DNA of 64,000 nt, from assembly GCA_017444365.1 (NCBI GenBank), contig JAFSWU010000005.1:2500-66499 (forward strand), written 5' to 3'. Under the pieces are notes generated by a model that was given only the letters and a program-made list of their open reading frames with translations, was not told the DNA's origin and made no database searches. This stretch comes from Prevotella sp. (GTDB lineage: Bacteria; Bacteroidota; Bacteroidia; Bacteroidales; Bacteroidaceae). Below are positions 61,301 through 64,000 of the stretch, one piece after another. A program made the position numbers and the translations under genes. The stretch's first letter is position 1. Every line of letters begins with the position of its first letter.

Positions 61301-64000
61301 TTTCCACCAGCCACAGTCCAGCCCTCAACACTCGTGTTAGGAGCAGGATTGGTGATGATGGCATCTGTCAGATCAAATACGCCATCCTCAATCAGTTCTA
61401 CGTGAGAAACGAACTCGAGTCCAGCTGCCTTGACAGCAGCGATAGCAGCCTCAACGCCAGCAACTTCGGTTGCCAGTTCAACAGCCTTGTCCTGAGCTGC
61501 AACGGCAGCATCGAAGGCCTCTGTCTTAGCTGCGTTCTCTTTGTAAACCTTCTGATCCTTCAGAGCCTGTACCTTCTCCTTCACAACAGGATACTGAGCA
61601 TAGATACCCTGCAAAGCCTTGGCAGTAGCAATAGCTTCCTCAACGGCAGCGATGACAACCTCGTACTCATCTGAGGTCTCATACTCCTTGTTCTGCTCTG
61701 TCACCACAGCAGCGAGAGCCTCGTAAGCAGCAGCGGGAACGGTTCCCTCTACAGCCTGAGCATCTTTCACAGCAGCATCCAGTGCTTCTTTGTAAACCGT
61801 GATATCTATCGGACCGAAGTAGGTCAGACGAGCATTGTCGATGACTGTCCAGTCAGAACCCTGGTTGGTTTCACGCTTCACACCAATAGTGAGAGTGTGG
61901 TTGACAACGGTAACAACATCGGTTGTTGTGGTTGCATAATCACCATTAGCAAGCTTGTCAAGTGCTACACCCATTTGGTTAGTTCCACTCTCTGTAGCAG
62001 CAAACGGAGTTACCACATCGTTGGCATAAGCCACTGTAGTTCCATTGGTACCGAAACCAGTGATAGAGAACTTATAGTATCCGTTAGGAATGTTCTCGAT
62101 GGTCTGATGGAGATCGAATGTGTTGTTCCAGAACTCACAACCATAAGTAGCCCTATCTGCGCTCGGTCCGCCAACCACAACATTACCACCGGCATTGGTC
62201 TTAACCCATGCGTTGTTACGCAGGTCGTTACGGTTGAAGTTTGCACCCTTGACAAGATAAGTAGCATCCGCAGGTGTTTCCTCTGAAGCAGTTTCCATAG
62301 CAGCCTGGAAAGGTGCCAAGAACTCGTCAGAAGTAACAAACTGCCACTGGGCGGCAGCTGCAGTTGCATCGCCAGCAAGTGTAATGATGTCATTTTCACC
62401 AGCGGTCAGATAGTTCTCACCATTGCTGATAGTGAAGGTTCCTTCTGCGTCAGCAACTTCTGCGAGTGTCCAACCAAAGGCTGCACCATCGCTCCACTCA
62501 CCATTGAGGAAGTGGTTGTTACCACCATTGCTCACCTGAGAGTCGAGGGTGTACTTGCCATCCTCCAGTTCAGCAATCGTGTAGTCGAGACCAAACTCGT
62601 CAACCACGGCGTGGGTACCCCAAGAAGAGCCAGCAGCAAGATACTTGCCTGTGCCAACGTTCTTAAGATAATAAACACCGTCGGCAATAACGGGAGTGGG
62701 AATGAAGACAGCTGCAATGGTTACGTTGCCTGCGGGCATCACGAACTTGTTATCTTCGGAAACCTCCACGGTCTGGCCGGCACCACTGGTAACGGTCAGG
62801 CTCTTCAGGATATAACCTTCAGCGGGAGTCACCTCAAGTGTCACCTCAGTTCCTTCTACGCCCTCTGTGGGAGTAGCAACGACTTCACCATTAGCCAGCT
62901 CATTGACTGTGATGGTGAATACCTCGGGAGCCACATACTCAGCCAGAGCCCAAGTAGATTTGTCGCTCACGCCCTTGTTGGCATAGCAAGAAGAGCCAGC
63001 TTCTGTATTATCCACACCAATATACTCAGTGTTCTTTGTTGCCTTGGCAATGGTGTAGAAGCCTTCACCCAAGTTGTTGAATGTCCAAGCATAGGGCTCA
63101 GCAGTAGCACTCATGGTCCAGGTGTTATTGCCTGTGCCAGTGAATGCAACATAGTTCTCACCATTCTTCAGGGCATAGCCACCCTCAACAGCTTCGAAGC
63201 TGAAGGGGAACTCGTCGGCAGAAAGCTGGATGCCATCAGCGATGGCCATGTACATGCCGCCTTCCTTCAGCTGCAGGGTATATTGCTTCTCTGCATCGGG
63301 AGCGTTAACGGCGGGCATAACCACAGCCTCAACAGCCTCCAGGTTCTCAGCGGCAGCTACGGCAGCCTTAGCATCGTCGATAGCGGTCTGACTGTACTGG
63401 AACAGCTCGTCGCCAACAGGAGCAAGAGCTTCGATAGCGGCAGTCTTGGCGGCGCGGGCTGCTACGAATGCGTAAACGGCAGCGTCAGCCTTATCAGCAG
63501 CTTCAAGGTCTGCCAAATATGCGGTGCGTGCTTCCTCGGTATCGAACACCTTAACAGCAACCTCATCATAGAACAGATGCTGCTGAGCAGCATTTCCTGC
63601 GTTTGTAGCCTTGTAGCCTACAGAGAAGAAGCCTTCGGCAGCTTCCTCTACCTGGAACAAAACATTCTCACGTGTCCACTGGTTGACTGCATAGGTGGTG
63701 TTTTCAGCAAAATAGTCTGCCTCACCTACATGAGCTCCAAAGAGGTTGGATGCTGTAGCTGTTGCACCGCCTACGTTGTTGACACGGGTGGTCAGCAAGT
63801 AATATCCAGGTGCGAAGGTGGCAGTCTGTGTGTACTGGGCATCTGCACTCCATACGGCAACCACGCCAAGGGCTGTTCCCTCTGTGACACCAGCAGGATT
63901 GAAGGCAGGTACGCTATAGCCAGCACCGCCGATCCACTTCTCTGAACCGTAGGCCATGATACCAGCTGCGCGTCCGTCGCCATTGTTAGCGGGAGTCCAA
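58384..64000 (-). CDS. Very large acidic secreted repeat-module protein (>1870 aa, 5' end outside the window)
   Basis: Frame is open to the window end (WTPANNGDGRAAGIMAY...); about five beta-sandwich-like modules, an InlB-B-like repeat, Ala-rich linkers; tail VYDLSGRKV...NGKKVVIK. Confidence 0.85.
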   Translation of the reverse strand, partial: WTPANNGDGRAAGIMAYGSEKWIGGAGYSVPAFNPAGVTEGTALGVVAVWSADAQYTQTATFAPGYYLLTTRVNNVGGATATASNLFGAHVGEADYFAENTTYAVNQWTRENVLFQVEEAAEGFFSVGYKATNAGNAAQQHLFYDEVAVKVFDTEEARTAYLADLEAADKADAAVYAFVAARAAKTAAIEALAPVGDELFQYSQTAIDDAKAAVAAAENLEAVEAVVMPAVNAPDAEKQYTLQLKEGGMYMAIADGIQLSADEFPFSFEAVEGGYALKNGENYVAFTGTGNNTWTMSATAEPYAWTFNNLGEGFYTIAKATKNTEYIGVDNTEAGSSCYANKGVSDKSTWALAEYVAPEVFTITVNELANGEVVATPTEGVEGTEVTLEVTPAEGYILKSLTVTSGAGQTVEVSEDNKFVMPAGNVTIAAVFIPTPVIADGVYYLKNVGTGKYLAAGSSWGTHAVVDEFGLDYTIAELEDGKYTLDSQVSNGGNNHFLNGEWSDGAAFGWTLAEVADAEGTFTISNGENYLTAGENDIITLAGDATAAAAQWQFVTSDEFLAPFQAAMETASEETPADATYLVKGANFNRNDLRNNAWVKTNAGGNVVVGGPSADRATYGCEFWNNTFDLHQTIENIPNGYYKFSITGFGTNGTTVAYANDVVTPFAATESGTNQMGVALDKLANGDYATTTTDVVTVVNHTLTIGVKRETNQGSDWTVIDNARLTYFGPIDITVYKEALDAAVKDAQAVEGTVPAAAYEALAAVVTEQNKEYETSDEYEVVIAAVEEAIATAKALQGIYAQYPVVKEKVQALKDQKVYKENAAKTEAFDAAVAAQDKAVELATEVAGVEAAIAAVKAAGLEFVSHVELIEDGVFDLTDAIITNPAPNTSVEGWTVAGGNASFQANCGEFWNAAGASIKQTLAGLPAGNYTLTAVALTRTDMVATLSANENTKEIVTVGSDDVNNRTQADAWFNEGNGVVELPFELAEAGDVEIGLTADTENGDHWLVWRSFNLKYTANGYLEPIIAEYGEIPTEETTFGADDDKSIDIATDYFTIAKAQDVIKVTVAEVGEEAQIAIYDKNNAAIDGLTQTVAAEQTEVEFALTEEQIAAILGTGAEEEPAEARALIAAAVREFIHIKGKNLTVNKVELVEYVEPKSEEELAYEAALAALEDGKTYRISVSMKGETYYLKSDGYLTDNESQATTFTFNAVNADGTLYATGWNLNCKFTNPTLSNGSTGEVQNDGHIHTQNDQNRNNWERQVFFLKDGKYAVRATNANSENWGANTYWAILDGAEMPEAGYSLEPAYDWDVTLYIDQSKLNSLVASLETTIAATDSYTDESGTAAATATEALAAVKGAEYTSVDQVNEAIEQVLAIGRTFFAAIHAIDPIDVSEYYITNPSPIAHKSLPYGWEGETFGDSSNGVSEYWNKAAVGFHQTITLPAGDYKLTVVALQRTGMKGYVYVDENKTEIAGVGNPPVNNRAQAAAWFAEGNGINEIFFKTEEAGDHTIGLTTDDTTGDHWTVWQSFKLEKINDILEGIRKQYEDAVASVYEAITDEAYQNILGNGVETAALREVLPAEEPTTREGYEAAIEAINTAFAAWKASAPSYDQLMGALDYAALFGVDKDAELAAIGEDATYSAAKAVEDAVKYKTQVYDIVAENYTSNVSDNLGDWTDVNIGDNRGQHYDGTSTTSYMEQKEGWGSTSWSASRTQTVTLPKGSYVLKVAARSSVAANAYASVAVGEDEVRVNFPNKNDAGFGIDTEGNFTFAADATYANNGNGRGWEWIFVPFTLAEDGEATITFAGNASAQYQWMSFTSWAVLVDPETTGINGIRNNGEAFKNAAVYDLSGRKVQNPTRGMYIVNGKKVVIK

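Noticed and set aside
58942-63945. Long plus-strand ORFs (469, 361 and 477 aa) and similar antisense ORFs elsewhere (e.g. 17115-18146, 49175-50260)
   Set aside because: They are shadows of codon-biased genes on the opposite strand and show no recognisable motifs.

Overview
Chromosomal window from a Bacteroidota bacterium, probably Prevotella-like. This is inferred from the SusC/SusD pairs, TTTG-N19/20-TAnnTTTG promoters and T9SS-type C-terminal tails. From left to right: a partial HAD phosphatase; a PMCA-type P-type ATPase; a large double-GH43 enzyme; an 18-kb locus with two SusC/SusD pairs and three fasciclin-like lipoproteins; an AAA-ATPase/nuclease gene; tRNA(CAT); a large secreted repeat-module protein; a HigBA toxin-antitoxin pair; a peptidase M15/HU-like/smalltalk cassette preceded by a 22-bp phased repeat array; trpS; a HexNAc kinase plus GH20; a PafA phosphatase plus CotH-kinase pair; a GH31 gene broken by an internal deletion; an uncharacterised secreted enzyme; PfkB, FprA, LOG and GH95; and a very large secreted protein running off the window end. 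Non-gene structure: degenerate heptamer arrays (inside open reading frames, at gene junctions and as one inverted pair), GC-rich REP-like palindromes, a promoter-duplicating hairpin element, and two small ORFs missing from the ORF track that have their own promoters and downstream hairpins. No CRISPR, rRNA, integrase or transposase was seen. All family calls are by motif recognition; no database search was run.
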